Below the pieces are notes generated by a model. The model searched no databases. It saw nothing but the letters and a program-made list of their open reading frames with translations, and was not told the origin of the DNA. Shown here in pieces: positions 36,020 through 46,114 of a stretch of 64,000 nucleotides of DNA (position 1 is the stretch's first letter; each line of letters begins with the position of its first letter). The translations under genes were made by a program, and so were the position numbers. Source of the stretch: Thermoproteota archaeon (GTDB lineage: Archaea; Korarchaeota; Korarchaeia; Korarchaeales; Korarchaeaceae); assembly GCA_027492205.1 (NCBI GenBank), contig JAOZFN010000005.1:40775-104774 (forward strand), read 5' to 3'.

Positions 36020-39000
36020 TTAGGCGTAGATCTCGGTCTTCCCCTCGGGGCCCTCCTCTCCAGACCCCCTGTGCTTTGGATGATACTTCGCGATTGTGGC
36101 GTCGCTTATCCTGGTGAGCTCGGCCTCCGGCAGCATGTCCAGCAGGTCCCAGGCTATCTCCAGAGTCTCCTCGATGGGCCTCCTCTCCCTGAAGCCCTGG
36201 GCCACGAACTCCCTCTCGAACCTGTCGGCGAACCTCAGGTAGGTCCTCTCCCTCTTGCTGAGGCCCGCCTCGCCTATGATCTGCACCAGCTCTCTCGCCT
36301 TGGTCCCCTCCCTGTAAGAGGCGTAGAGCTGGTTCGACACCTCCATGTGGTCCTCCCTCGTCTTGCCCCTCCCGACTCCGTCCTTCATCAGCCTGCTGAG
36401 GCTGGGGAGCACGTTGATCGGTGGGTAGATGCCCCTGTTGAACAGGTCGTAGTCCAGGAAGATCTGCCCCTCCGTGATGTATCCGGTGAGGTCGGGTATC
36501 GGGTGCGTCAGGTCGCCTCCTGGCATTGTGAGGATCGGCATCAGCGTTATCGACCCCGCCTTGCCCTTGATCCTCCCCGCCCTCTCGTAGATGCTGGCGA
36601 GGTCGCTGTACATGTACCCCGGATAGCCCTTCCTGCTTGGCACCTCCTCCCTGGCCGCGCTGAGCTCTCGCAGGGCCTCACAATTTGAGGAGATTATCCC
36701 ATTCTCGACGACCAGCGTGTGGGTTGGGATCACGGTAACGTCGTATACATAGTCCTCCTCGGGGGCCACGTACTCAACTCCTACCACCTCGTCGAGCAGG
36801 TAGTTCCCCTTCACCAAGTCTAGGAGCTTCCTATAGGCTGGATCATCCTTTTCCACAAAGTCAGCCATCTTCGTAATCCACTTCTCCAGGATGAATCTGC
36901 TCACCCTCCGGATTCCCCTTTCAACCTGGGACACGGTGCTGCTGGGCCCTACATCTTTTTCCCTCAGCCCATATCTAAGCCTAACTTCCCTCAGAAGCTT
37001 CCCGCATATCATGGGAGCTAAGTAGTGCTTGCACTCCCTCCTAACTCTTTGAGAACGTGCTAGACGAAGCAGCTGCTCCAACTTGATCCTCTTGTCGCTG
37101 TGAAGCGGTTTCAGCCACGAGGCGAGGGAAATTATGTCTCTACGCCCTCTCACCACCACGTCGTAGGTTTGGGATTTCCCGTACTGGGTCTCGGACTTGG
37201 GCCTGATCTGAATGGTGCTTGCCACACCTAACCTCTTGAGCAAGAGCTGAATCCTCTTTGCCCTGACCTCGTCGCTGGTCGTGAATATGATGGCTGCCCT
37301 GCCCGTGGACACCTGCCCGTCTCCATCCAGATAACCGGAGAGGAATGCGGCTATGAGCTTCTCTGGCAAGCCGATCAGCCTGACCAGACCCCCCTCCTCC
37401 AGACTCCTGAAGATAGAGGTCACTACCTTGCTGTTGACTCTGGCTATGAGCGTCCCGTTTTGATTTCTATCCAGCCTTACCTCCACGCCTGGAAAGACCT
37501 TCTCCATCCTCCTGACGAACTCCTCCACCAGCCTCTCATTCGAGTTGCTGAAGCTCACGTAATAGGATCCGGTTGACTTGTCCTCGAATACTGTGCCATC
37601 CGAGGCGACCCAGCCAAGCAGGAGGGCTAAGTCCTCGTTCACGGCTGAGGTTCCCAGGCCTATTCTCTTTTTGCCGCCAGCCGTTATGAACTCAATTTTC
37701 CTGCTCACTTCGCCTAGATCTAGACGAAGCTCCTGAACTACCCTGATCAACTCATCCAGCCTGAAAGATCTCTTGTCGAAGGAGTCGGAGACTCTCTCGT
37801 ACTTCAGGTTCAATGCCGAGCTGCCGGACTTCAAGCTCCCAAACCTCTCCGCAAGCTTTGCCTCCATCGAGCGGTCTTTCATGTGGACGAAGAACTCATC
37901 TCCCCTCTCCGAGAGGAGCTCCAATATGTGTGGTGCTCTTGATTTCACTTCTATCTTCCTTACGGAGTAGAGTTCCATCCCCTCCCTTATCTCCCCGGCT
38001 GGAATTAGCTCAGGTCCAGACTCACCGTCGACCAGAAGCTTGTGGTCTTCGGTCACTGTCAGCTCGGCTCCGGATCTGGTTCTTATCCTGATGAGCCTTT
38101 GTGGGGCGAGGACCTTTTCAACTGCGACCAGCCTTCCCCGCCTAACCCCGTTCTCCCAAGAGAGAAGAGGTCCCACAGCTGAGGCGGCCCTAGATCTCTT
38201 TAGGAGGAGAAGGCCCCCTCCAGCCTCAACAGGCTGATACTCTCCCTCCTCAGATGCCAAGCGTTCTACCAGTTCTCTTATCTTCAGGATTGAGCCGTCA
38301 TACATGATCACCTCGGTGTCTCCGCTAAAGCAGTAGTTGGTCATGTCCGTGAGTATGACCAGGACGTCCATGTCCAGGTCGAAGGCCAGGTACTCCGCCG
38401 CCGTGAGCGCCACCCTGGGGGTCATTATCCTCTCTATCACCGGGTCGTTGGCCAGGTTCAGGAACAGGATGGACCTGCTGAGGGCGCCGAACTCCTCGAA
38501 CTGCTTCCTGAAGTAGAGCACCTCGTCGTGCTTGAGCCCTATGGCCGCGAACACTATGGCGAACCTCTCCGCCTTGCCGGGAACCACGGCCTGCCTGGCG
38601 ATCTGCGCGGCGACCTGGTTGTGAGGGAGCCCAGACTCGGAGAATATGGGGAGCTTCTGCCCCCTCACGAGGCTGAGCATCCCGTCGATCGCCGAGATGC
38701 CCGTCTCCACGAACTCGTCGGGGTAGTCCCTCATCGTGGGGTTTATGGGGGCCCCGTTGATGTCCCTGTGGTCCTCGGCCCTAACCGGCGGCCCCCCGTC
38801 GATGGGCACGCCGGAGCCGCTGAAGACCCTGCCGAGCATTTCCTCGGCGACGGGGAGCTTGAGCGTCTCTCCGGTGAACTTGACGATGACGCCGGAGTCT
38901 ATGCCCTCGGTGTCTCCGAGGACCTGGATCACCGTGGCCTCCCTGCCCGCCTCCAGGACCTGGCCCACCCACTCCCTGCCTTCCTCTGAGAATATCCTGA

Positions 39001-39100
39001 CGACCTCGCCAAATCGGGCCTCGGGAACGCCCTCCATAAACAGGAGAGGCCCTTTGACCAGCCGGATGCCCTTCCTGGCGGAGCCGTAGATTAACGCCAT
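36020..39100 (-). CDS. atpB: A/V-type ATP synthase subunit B with one intein
   Basis: [33 protein letters not shown]|CEALRE split by the intein, [18 protein letters not shown]. Confidence 0.97.
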   Translation of the reverse strand: MALIYGSARKGIRLVKGPLLFMEGVPEARFGEVVRIFSEEGREWVGQVLEAGREATVIQVLGDTEGIDSGVIVKFTGETLKLPVAEEMLGRVFSGSGVPIDGGPPVRAEDHRDINGAPINPTMRDYPDEFVETGISAIDGMLSLVRGQKLPIFSESGLPHNQVAAQIARQAVVPGKAERFAIVFAAIGLKHDEVLYFRKQFEEFGALSRSILFLNLANDPVIERIMTPRVALTAAEYLAFDLDMDVLVILTDMTNYCFSGDTEVIMYDGSILKIRELVERLASEEGEYQPVEAGGGLLLLKRSRAASAVGPLLSWENGVRRGRLVAVEKVLAPQRLIRIRTRSGAELTVTEDHKLLVDGESGPELIPAGEIREGMELYSVRKIEVKSRAPHILELLSERGDEFFVHMKDRSMEAKLAERFGSLKSGSSALNLKYERVSDSFDKRSFRLDELIRVVQELRLDLGEVSRKIEFITAGGKKRIGLGTSAVNEDLALLLGWVASDGTVFEDKSTGSYYVSFSNSNERLVEEFVRRMEKVFPGVEVRLDRNQNGTLIARVNSKVVTSIFRSLEEGGLVRLIGLPEKLIAAFLSGYLDGDGQVSTGRAAIIFTTSDEVRAKRIQLLLKRLGVASTIQIRPKSETQYGKSQTYDVVVRGRRDIISLASWLKPLHSDKRIKLEQLLRLARSQRVRRECKHYLAPMICGKLLREVRLRYGLREKDVGPSSTVSQVERGIRRVSRFILEKWITKMADFVEKDDPAYRKLLDLVKGNYLLDEVVGVEYVAPEEDYVYDVTVIPTHTLVVENGIISSNCEALRELSAAREEVPSRKGYPGYMYSDLASIYERAGRIKGKAGSITLMPILTMPGGDLTHPIPDLTGYITEGQIFLDYDLFNRGIYPPINVLPSLSRLMKDGVGRGKTREDHMEVSNQLYASYREGTKARELVQIIGEAGLSKRERTYLRFADRFEREFVAQGFRERRPIEETLEIAWDLLDMLPEAELTRISDATIAKYHPKHRGSGEEGPEGKTEIYA
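36683..38332 (-). mobile_element. Intein (550 aa) in AtpB with LAGLIDADG endonuclease and HTH
   Basis: Starts CFSGDT, block [16 protein letters not shown] and [10 protein letters not shown], ends VYDVTV...NGIISSN with Cys at +1; more AT-rich than flanks. Confidence 0.95.
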
Positions 39101-39103
39101 TCC

Positions 39104-40888
39104 TCACCTCACCTCCGCCATCAGCATGCTGGCCTCGGTCTCGAGCTTGGTGAGCGCCTCCTTGAGCGCCTCCTCGAACTCGTCCTCAGGGACGAACTTG
39201 AGCCTCATCAGGAGGCCCACAGAACTCATCTCCCTGATGGAGGACATGGGAACTCCTGCCTCGACCAGAGGCCTGGCGCGGTCGTAGAACTCGACGAGGG
39301 CCTTTAGCAGCATGGCCTGCTTCTTCGGGGAGCAGTAGGTGTCAACCTCGTGGTAGGCGTTCTGCACGAGGAAGCCCTCCCTGATCATCTCGGCGGCTAG
39401 CAGTACGAGCCTGTTCTCGTCGCTCAGGGCGGCCTCTCCGACGACCCTCGCCACCTCCTCCAGGCTGGAGGCCTTCTGCAGGATCTCCATGGCGCGCTCT
39501 CTGTACTCCATCATGTCGTAGCCGGTGTTCTCCATCCACCAGTACTTGAGCTCCGCCGCGTACTTAGAGAAGCTCTTGAGCCAGTTTATGGCCGGGAAGT
39601 GTCTCTTGAACGCGAGATCCTTGTCCAAGGCCCAGAAGGCGCCCACGAACCTCATGGTGTGCTGGGTCACGGGCTCGTTGAGGTCCCCGCCAGAGGGGCT
39701 GACCGCGCCGATCACGGCGACTGAGCCCATCTCCTCTCTCCTGCCCAGAACCTTGATCCTCCCCGCCCTCTCGTAGAAGGAGGCGATGTAGTCCGGCAGA
39801 TAGGCGGGGAACCCCCTCTCCGACGGGATCTCCTCCAGCCTGGACGAGAGCTCCCTCAGCGCCTCGGCCCACCTGCTGGTGGAGTCGGCCGTGAGCACCA
39901 CGTCGAGGCCCATGTCCCTGTAGTACTCCGCGTACGTTATGCCGATGAAGATGCTGGCCTCCCTCGCGGGCACGGGCATGTTGCTGGTGTTGGCGATGAG
40001 CACGCTCCTCTCAAGCAGGGGCCTCCCAGTCTTGGGGTCGGTGAGCTTCGGGAAGTGCTGGAGCAGGTCCGTCATCTCGTTTCCGCGCTCTCCGCACCCG
40101 ACGTAGACCACGACGTCGGCGTCGGCCCACTTGGAGACCTGGTGAAGGGTCACGGTCTTCCCCGTCCCGAAGCCTCCAGGAATCGCGGAGGCCCCTCCCT
40201 TCACTATCGGGAAGAACGTGTCTATGACCCTCTGGCCCGTCACCAGGAGCATCGTAGGCTCCAGCTTCTCCTCGAATGGCCTGGGCATCCTCACGGGCCA
40301 CTTGTGGTACAGCTTGATCTCCTGTCGAACGCCTCCAGCCGACTCGACGACCGCAATGACCTCCTCAACCGTGTAGTCGCCCTCCGGGGCCATCTCCACG
40401 ATTCGACCCGGCTGGGCGTTGGGGGGGACCATGATCTTGTGGGTCACCGCGCCCTCGGGAACCGTGCCGAGCACGTCCCCGGGCACGACCCTCTCGCCCA
40501 CCTCGACGGTGGGCTTGAAGTGCCACTTGACGTCGCGCGGGAGGGTGGGGAGCTTTACCCCCCTGGTGATGAAGGGCCCCGTCATCTCAGCTATCTTGGG
40601 AAGGGGCCTGCCGAGCCCGTCAAGCACCTGACCGAGCAGGCCTGGGCCCAGCTCAGCAGACAGGGGCTCTCCAGTCCTTTCAACAGGCTCTCCAGGTCTC
40701 ATCCCCTCGGTGGGCTCGTAGACTTGTATGACGGCCCTGTCACCCTCTATCCTGACGATCTCACCTATGAGCTTCTCCTCGCCCACGAGAACTATCTCCC
40801 TGATCCGGGCCCCCTTCATTCCATCCGCGACGACTATGGGGCCCTTGATGTGGGAAACGACTCCGGTAACCTCCTGCTCAACTGCCAA
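39104..40888 (-). CDS. atpA: A/V-type ATP synthase catalytic subunit A (no intein)
   Basis: GGFGTGKT, VGCGERGNEM, NTSNMPV, DSTSRWAEALRE, PAINW. Confidence 0.98.
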   Translation of the reverse strand: MAVEQEVTGVVSHIKGPIVVADGMKGARIREIVLVGEEKLIGEIVRIEGDRAVIQVYEPTEGMRPGEPVERTGEPLSAELGPGLLGQVLDGLGRPLPKIAEMTGPFITRGVKLPTLPRDVKWHFKPTVEVGERVVPGDVLGTVPEGAVTHKIMVPPNAQPGRIVEMAPEGDYTVEEVIAVVESAGGVRQEIKLYHKWPVRMPRPFEEKLEPTMLLVTGQRVIDTFFPIVKGGASAIPGGFGTGKTVTLHQVSKWADADVVVYVGCGERGNEMTDLLQHFPKLTDPKTGRPLLERSVLIANTSNMPVPAREASIFIGITYAEYYRDMGLDVVLTADSTSRWAEALRELSSRLEEIPSERGFPAYLPDYIASFYERAGRIKVLGRREEMGSVAVIGAVSPSGGDLNEPVTQHTMRFVGAFWALDKDLAFKRHFPAINWLKSFSKYAAELKYWWMENTGYDMMEYRERAMEILQKASSLEEVARVVGEAALSDENRLVLLAAEMIREGFLVQNAYHEVDTYCSPKKQAMLLKALVEFYDRARPLVEAGVPMSSIREMSSVGLLMRLKFVPEDEFEEALKEALTKLETEASMLMAEVR

Positions 40889-40894
40889 TCAGCC

Positions 40895-41527
40895 TCACCT
40901 CCCAAACAACAAGTCAGCGATCTCGTGGAACTTCTCCTCCTGGACGCGCCTTAGCCTGCCCTCGATGGTGTTGTAGAACCTCTTCTTATCCTGGGGATCC
41001 CTCGCCACGACCCCTCCCACGATCCTCAGCGTCGTCTCGTCCACCCTCACGGCGACTCCGAGCTTCTTGGAGAGATCCGCCGCGATCTCCCCGAGGATCT
41101 CCCTGTCAGCCTCCCTCCCTATCAGGTACACCTCCGCCCCTCCAACTCCCCGCACCGCCTCCTCTGCCAGGCTCGCCAGCACCTCGCGGTAGTCCACGCC
41201 GGGGTACTTCCCCGCGACGACCTCGTTCAGGGCGTCCTTGGCCCGGTCTATGGCCTCTTGGACGTACCTCGTCTCCACTTCCATGAGGATCTTCCTGGCG
41301 TCCACCTCGGCCGCGCTTCGCTTCCTCTCGATCTCCTCCTCCATCTCCCTTAGTGCCCTCGCCCTCCTCGCCTCGATTATTCTCTCCGCTTCCCTTCTGG
41401 CCTCCTCGACTATCTCCTCTGCCCTCTTCTTGGCCTCCTGGACCTTCTCCTCCGCGCGCCTCCTGGCAAGCTCCAGGAGCGCGGCCATCACGGCGTCCTC
41501 TTCCGCGACCTCACCCGCCACCCCCAA
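40895..41527 (-). CDS. atpE: A/V-type ATP synthase subunit E
   Basis: Charged coiled coil, IVGGVVAR...YNTIEGRL. Confidence 0.88.
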   Translation of the reverse strand: MGVAGEVAEEDAVMAALLELARRRAEEKVQEAKKRAEEIVEEARREAERIIEARRARALREMEEEIERKRSAAEVDARKILMEVETRYVQEAIDRAKDALNEVVAGKYPGVDYREVLASLAEEAVRGVGGAEVYLIGREADREILGEIAADLSKKLGVAVRVDETTLRIVGGVVARDPQDKKRFYNTIEGRLRRVQEEKFHEIADLLFGR

Positions 41528-41810
41528 GCACCTCCCTCACTATGAACTCGACCGCCCTCTCCATGTTCGTCTTTGCCTTCCTCTCCATCTCCTCGGCCTG
41601 CTTCTTAGCCTTCTCAAGGATCCCCCGTATCTCATTCTCGACGTCTGCCCTGACCTCGACCTCTATCTTGGCCTCCCTCGCCTCCTTTAGGATCCGGTCG
41701 CGCTCCTCCTCCGCCTCCCTGAGTATCCTCTCCGCCTCCCTCTCGGCCTCCTCCAGGATTCGCTTTGCCTCCTCCTCGGTTCGAAGGACGACCTCAATCA
41801 GTCTAGGCAT
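41511..41810 (-). CDS. atpH: A/V-type ATP synthase subunit H (G)
   Basis: E/A/R/K-rich coiled coil ending NMERAVEFIVREVL. Confidence 0.82.
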   Translation of the reverse strand: MPRLIEVVLRTEEEAKRILEEAEREAERILREAEEERDRILKEAREAKIEVEVRADVENEIRGILEKAKKQAEEMERKAKTNMERAVEFIVREVLGGGG

Positions 41811-41825
41811 TCCCCACCCCTCCTC

Positions 41826-42176
41826 TCAGATCTTGAGCTCCTCGGTGCCGAGGGCCCTCAGAAGGAGCTGACGGAGCTGGCGTAGCCTAACCCCCCTCGG
41901 CTTCTCCAGGTCAGGCACAACGGCAAAAACAGGTTTGATCTTACCTTTCCGGAGCATGTCGGACCTGTAAGACTCTATCTCCTCGAAGACCCTCTCGTTG
42001 ACGAACACGACGTGCGGAAGCGATCTCTCCCGCTCTCTGAAGAACTCGAGGAGCTTCCGCCTTCCCCTCAGGACCACCGCCTTCACTCCCACCATCTCGA
42101 AGCCGAGAGCCAGTATCTCGTTGTCCACCACTGCCAGCGGTATCTCCTCCGTCCTGCCCTCGCTCAACGCCGACAC
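41826..42176 (-). CDS. atpF: A/V-type ATP synthase subunit F
   Basis: LAVV...GFEMVGV...PVFAVVPD...RALG. Confidence 0.85.
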   Translation of the reverse strand: MSALSEGRTEEIPLAVVDNEILALGFEMVGVKAVVLRGRRKLLEFFRERERSLPHVVFVNERVFEEIESYRSDMLRKGKIKPVFAVVPDLEKPRGVRLRQLRQLLLRALGTEELKI

Positions 42177-42244
42177 CCGACCGGACTCAGCGCGCCCCCG
42201 GCTGCCCCTAACCTATATAAGTGCGGTCAGGGCCCTGACCGCGG

Positions 42245-42332
42245 GCGGGGGTGGCCGAGCCAGGTCAAAGGCGGCGGACTTAAGATCCGCTCCCTAAGGG
42301 GTTCGTGGGTTCGAATCCCACCCCCCGCACCA
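42245..42332 (+). tRNA. tRNA-Leu(TAA), CCA encoded
   Basis: GCGGGGGTGGCCGAGCCAGGTCAAAGGCGGCGGACTTAAGATCCGC...GGGTTCGAATCCCACCCCCCGCACCA; TATATAA upstream. Confidence 0.97.
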
Positions 42333-42370
42333 GGCCCCGCCGCCTCTCCCCCACCCGGAGGTTCTCAGAG

Positions 42371-42934
42371 TTGCCGGTCGAGGAGGAGGCAAAGCTGAGG
42401 GTGTCTCACGGGGAGTTTCTCGAGGCCCTGAGACGCGCGGGCGTGTCCTTTCGCCTGGGGAAGCCTGTTGAGCAGGTCGACACGTTCTACGACTACCCAG
42501 ACCGCAGGCTGACCAGCAGGGGGGTCGCCCTGAGGATTCGCAGGTCGGGAGGTGGAGTCGTCATTACCTTCAAGGGCCCCACGAGCTTCGAGGGGGGTGT
42601 TAAGTCGCGGGTCGAGCTGGAGGGCCCTCCAGGAAGTGCCGAGGCCGCCAGGGCCTTGGAGGCCGCGGGTCTAAACCCGACGTCGGATCCGGAGAGGGCG
42701 ATAGTCTCCGGGGGCCTGACCCCCCTGGTGGTCGTGAGGAAGGTCAGGGTGCCCGTCAGACTCGAGGGCCTCAGGTCTAGGGCCTACCTCGACAGGGTCG
42801 ACGGCCTGGGTGAGTTCGTGGAGGTAGAGGGGCCGGCGGATGAGGTCAGGGACCTGCTCCGCCGGCTCGGCCTTGATGAAAGGGCCGTCCCTCAGACCTA
42901 CGCCGAGATGCTCGCCAAGCTCAGGCGCCGCTGA
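42371..42934 (+). CDS. cyaB: CYTH-domain protein (class IV adenylate cyclase/triphosphatase)
   Basis: EEEAKLR, QVDTFY, LRIR, TFKGP, LDRVDGLGEFVEVE; start moved to the TTG after the tRNA. Confidence 0.88.
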   Translation: MPVEEEAKLRVSHGEFLEALRRAGVSFRLGKPVEQVDTFYDYPDRRLTSRGVALRIRRSGGGVVITFKGPTSFEGGVKSRVELEGPPGSAEAARALEAAGLNPTSDPERAIVSGGLTPLVVVRKVRVPVRLEGLRSRAYLDRVDGLGEFVEVEGPADEVRDLLRRLGLDERAVPQTYAEMLAKLRRR

Positions 42935-44258
42935 GGAAGGACTCCACTCCACCCTTCTCCATGAGCCTAAGAGCCGCCTCCTCGGCTCTTTTGACGATCT
43001 CCCAGGAGTCGGCCGTCACGAGTTCGCCGTCCTCTATGGAGAGCTTCCCGCCGACGAACACGTGGGTGACATCCGTGGACCTGGCCGCGTAGACGATGTG
43101 CGAGACTATCGAGTGAAGAGGCCTCCACCACGGCGACTCGGTCGCGACCAGCACAATGTCCGCCAGCTTGCCGGGCTCGATCGACCCCACGTTCAGGCCG
43201 AGGGCTCTGGCCGGGAGGATCGTGGCCATATCCAAGACCTCTTGTGCGGAGACCACCCTCGGGTCGCCGGTGTACCCCTTGTGAATCAGGGCCGCGACCT
43301 TCATGGTCTCAAACATGTCTAGGCAGTTGTTGCTCCCGGCTCCGTCCGTGCCCAGGCCGACAAGCACGCCCTGCCTCAGGTAGTCAGGGACCGGGGCGAA
43401 TCCGGCGCCGCACTTCATGTTGCTAATCGGGTTGTGGGCGACGAGCACTCCGCGCTCCTTCAAGATCCGGATCTCGCCGTCCCGCGGGTGGACCACGTGG
43501 GCCGCGATGACCCTGTTACCCTCAAACAGCCCGAGCGACTCGACGTGCCTCACGGGGGTCTTCCCATAGTCCTTCGTCACCCTCTCGACCTCGGACCTGT
43601 CCTCGGCCAGGTGGATCTGCAGCGGGACCTCGAGCTCCCTCGCCGCTTCTGCTGAGGCTCTCAAGAGGTCCGGCTCGACCGAGTATGGGGCGTGCGGCCC
43701 CAGCGAGGGAGTTATGAGCTCGTGCCTGCCCTTCCACCTCTTGACGAACTCCTTCGCGTACTCAAAGGCCTTCCAGCCGTCCCGCACGACCGGGCTCCCG
43801 AATCCGATGTAGCTCTCCGCGAGGACGGCACGGATGTTCAGCCTGATGGCCTCCTCGGCTATGGCGTCCTCGAAGAAGTACATGTCTGCGAAGGTGGTCG
43901 TCCCGGTCCTGAGGGCCTCGTACATCCCCAGCGCTGCCCCGGCGGCGACCTCCTCGGCGGTCAGGTGCGCCTCCATGGGCCATATCTTCTCTTGGAGCCA
44001 GGTCATCAGGTCTAGGTCGTCGGCGACCCCCCTGAACAGGGTCATGGGTATGTGGGTGTGCGCGTTGATGAGCCCTGGGATTGCGACCTTCCCCCTCCCG
44101 TCGACGACCACGTCGGCGCCGCCGGGGAGGTCGCGCCCGACCGCGGCTATCTTGCTCCCCTCGATGAGAATGTCCACGTCTCGCAGGACTCTCCTCTTCT
44201 CGTCCTGAGTGACCACCGCCGTGAGACCCCTGATCAAGACCCTCTCCAAGTCGGTCAC
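42921..44258 (-). CDS. mtaD: Amidohydrolase, MTA/SAH deaminase-like
   Basis: INAHTH, PHAPYS, IHLAE, AHVV, NPISNMK, GTDGAGSNN. Confidence 0.88.
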   Translation of the reverse strand: MTDLERVLIRGLTAVVTQDEKRRVLRDVDILIEGSKIAAVGRDLPGGADVVVDGRGKVAIPGLINAHTHIPMTLFRGVADDLDLMTWLQEKIWPMEAHLTAEEVAAGAALGMYEALRTGTTTFADMYFFEDAIAEEAIRLNIRAVLAESYIGFGSPVVRDGWKAFEYAKEFVKRWKGRHELITPSLGPHAPYSVEPDLLRASAEAARELEVPLQIHLAEDRSEVERVTKDYGKTPVRHVESLGLFEGNRVIAAHVVHPRDGEIRILKERGVLVAHNPISNMKCGAGFAPVPDYLRQGVLVGLGTDGAGSNNCLDMFETMKVAALIHKGYTGDPRVVSAQEVLDMATILPARALGLNVGSIEPGKLADIVLVATESPWWRPLHSIVSHIVYAARSTDVTHVFVGGKLSIEDGELVTADSWEIVKRAEEAALRLMEKGGVESFLSGA

Positions 44259-44302
44259 CCGCGGCAGCCGTCCGGTGAAACTAATTAATTCGGAACGGCG
44301 GA

Positions 44303-46105
44303 GTGCTGATCGTGGCAAGGAAGATCCACGTGGCGCTGGCGGCGCTCCTCCTTGGGGTCCTGTTCGTCACTCCCCACTCGGCGGTCTCAGAGGCCGCGAC
44401 CAACCAGGGACACTTCACCTACGAGTTCACAGTCCACGAGAACGGCACAGTATCCCTGGTGGCGAGGTTCACATCCGATGCGCCGGGGAGGGCCTGGATA
44501 ATGGTCCCCAAGTTCAGGGAGTACTCCCTGTCCCGGCAGGGGGTCACCTCAACAAGCCTACAGCGAGACACGGCCTACTACTTCTACAGCAATCTCTCTT
44601 TCGAGTTCGAGGCCGGCGCCTTGCTGGAGATGAGCTATAGCTACAGGTTCGGCTCGTTCATAGTTGAACCTAACGGGGTCTTCTTCTCCACGCTCGTGGG
44701 GTACGACCCGAGCTATCCCGGCCAGGTAATCGTCCGGATGCCCGCCAGCTTCGAGGTGGAGACCTCGTTCGTCGACGGAGTGGAGAAGTCCCCCGACTCG
44801 CAGGAGGCCTCCGGTGATCGACTCTCGCTTACCTTCGAGATACCGCCTGAATCCGACATCGGCCACAGGGTGATGGTGGTCTTCAAGACGACCGAGGAGC
44901 CCGAGTTGGTCAACCTCACCGCCGGAGCCCTGACGATAACCACGCCCAAGAGGTACGTTGACGTGGCCGAGAACGTCACCGAGATCTACCTGAAGTTCCA
45001 GCCGGCCGTCTCGGATGTGACGGACATGCCGGAGATCCCCATATCAATGAAGTTCTTCATTCCCTCGGATCCCGAGGAGATCGCCGTCCTCGGCTTCACC
45101 AGCGTGTCCAGCCCCGCCATGCTGATGGAGGACGTGATCACTCCGGGCAAGGTGTCGCTGAACCTCATGCTGGTGAGGTACCCGGAGAGCTACCTGCCGG
45201 AAACCCTCGTCCACGAGCTCCTTCACCAGTACATGCTGCGGGCAGGCCTATCCACAGAGCTCAGGTGGGCGCACGAGGGGCTCGCCCAGTACCTAAGCTA
45301 CCTCATTCTCCGAGAGAACGGGTACCCGGACGCGGGTCGGGAGGACATCAACCTGTCCAGGCTCGTGTTTCAGGAGATTCGAAACCTGGGGTTCCTGCAG
45401 GACTGGAGGGGCGGCGGATCTCCGCCCGACGTCGCGACCTACTACTTGGCGAGCCTCTACATCTTCTCAGATCTGGGCGATAGGTACGGCGGGCTCGACT
45501 TCTACAAGCGATTCTTCTCCGAGATCCGCTCTGACGGCGCCGAGGTGGACGAGATCGGTGAGCTGGTCTACTACCTGAGCAAGGCTGCCGGGGAGGATCT
45601 GACCGATTACTTTGCTGCGATGGGCTTCAACATCCCCCTCCAACCGATGACCATGGGTGATCCCATAGAATCCCGGGCCCGATTCGTGATGGCGCTCCTC
45701 AACGGAACCCGCCCGCTGAACCCACTCGCCCCCCAAGTGGAGGATCTGGTGGAGGCCGCGAAGGGGTACCGGCTGACCGGCGACTTCCTGTCGGCGTACA
45801 GGGCGCTGGACGAGGCTCTTGCCCTCTCCCTACTGGGCCCGCTGATCCCCCTCGCGCTCCTTGTGGCCTCGGTGACGGCCCTGTCGAGCTTGTCCCTCAG
45901 GCGGCCCCTCAGCGAGGACCTCGAGACGCGGGAGCTGGAGGCCAGGCTAGCTGCCCTGCTGTTTGAGGAGCCCGTGGAGCGCTGGCAGCTGGTTGCCGAG
46001 GTGGTGAGGATGTCCAAAAAGAGAGAGTACGAGGAGGCGCTCCGTGAGGCCCTCCAGAGAGCAGAACTCGGGTACCTGGGGTTCGAGGACGGCGAGGCCG
46101 CCTGA
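44303..46105 (+). CDS. Secreted, membrane-anchored gluzincin metallopeptidase
   Basis: Signal peptide, HELLH...WAHEGLAQY, YYLAS, C-terminal TM and charged tail. Confidence 0.8.
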   Translation: MLIVARKIHVALAALLLGVLFVTPHSAVSEAATNQGHFTYEFTVHENGTVSLVARFTSDAPGRAWIMVPKFREYSLSRQGVTSTSLQRDTAYYFYSNLSFEFEAGALLEMSYSYRFGSFIVEPNGVFFSTLVGYDPSYPGQVIVRMPASFEVETSFVDGVEKSPDSQEASGDRLSLTFEIPPESDIGHRVMVVFKTTEEPELVNLTAGALTITTPKRYVDVAENVTEIYLKFQPAVSDVTDMPEIPISMKFFIPSDPEEIAVLGFTSVSSPAMLMEDVITPGKVSLNLMLVRYPESYLPETLVHELLHQYMLRAGLSTELRWAHEGLAQYLSYLILRENGYPDAGREDINLSRLVFQEIRNLGFLQDWRGGGSPPDVATYYLASLYIFSDLGDRYGGLDFYKRFFSEIRSDGAEVDEIGELVYYLSKAAGEDLTDYFAAMGFNIPLQPMTMGDPIESRARFVMALLNGTRPLNPLAPQVEDLVEAAKGYRLTGDFLSAYRALDEALALSLLGPLIPLALLVASVTALSSLSLRRPLSEDLETRELEARLAALLFEEPVERWQLVAEVVRMSKKREYEEALREALQRAELGYLGFEDGEAA

Positions 46106-46114
46106 GGCTCTCCC

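Noticed and set aside
41240-41810. Repetitive CTC/GAG-rich DNA as a tandem repeat or CRISPR array
   Set aside because: It encodes the Glu/Ala/Arg coiled coils of AtpE and AtpH; no repeat-spacer structure was seen anywhere in the window
135-42332. The two similar tRNA-Leu genes as att sites or inversion ends
   Set aside because: Both are complete isoacceptors with different anticodons, the intervening DNA is core genes and no integrase is present
42305-42370. N-terminal extension of cyaB overlapping tRNA-Leu (similar extensions on lysS and mtaD)
   Set aside because: Longest-ORF artefact; family motifs begin at downstream starts
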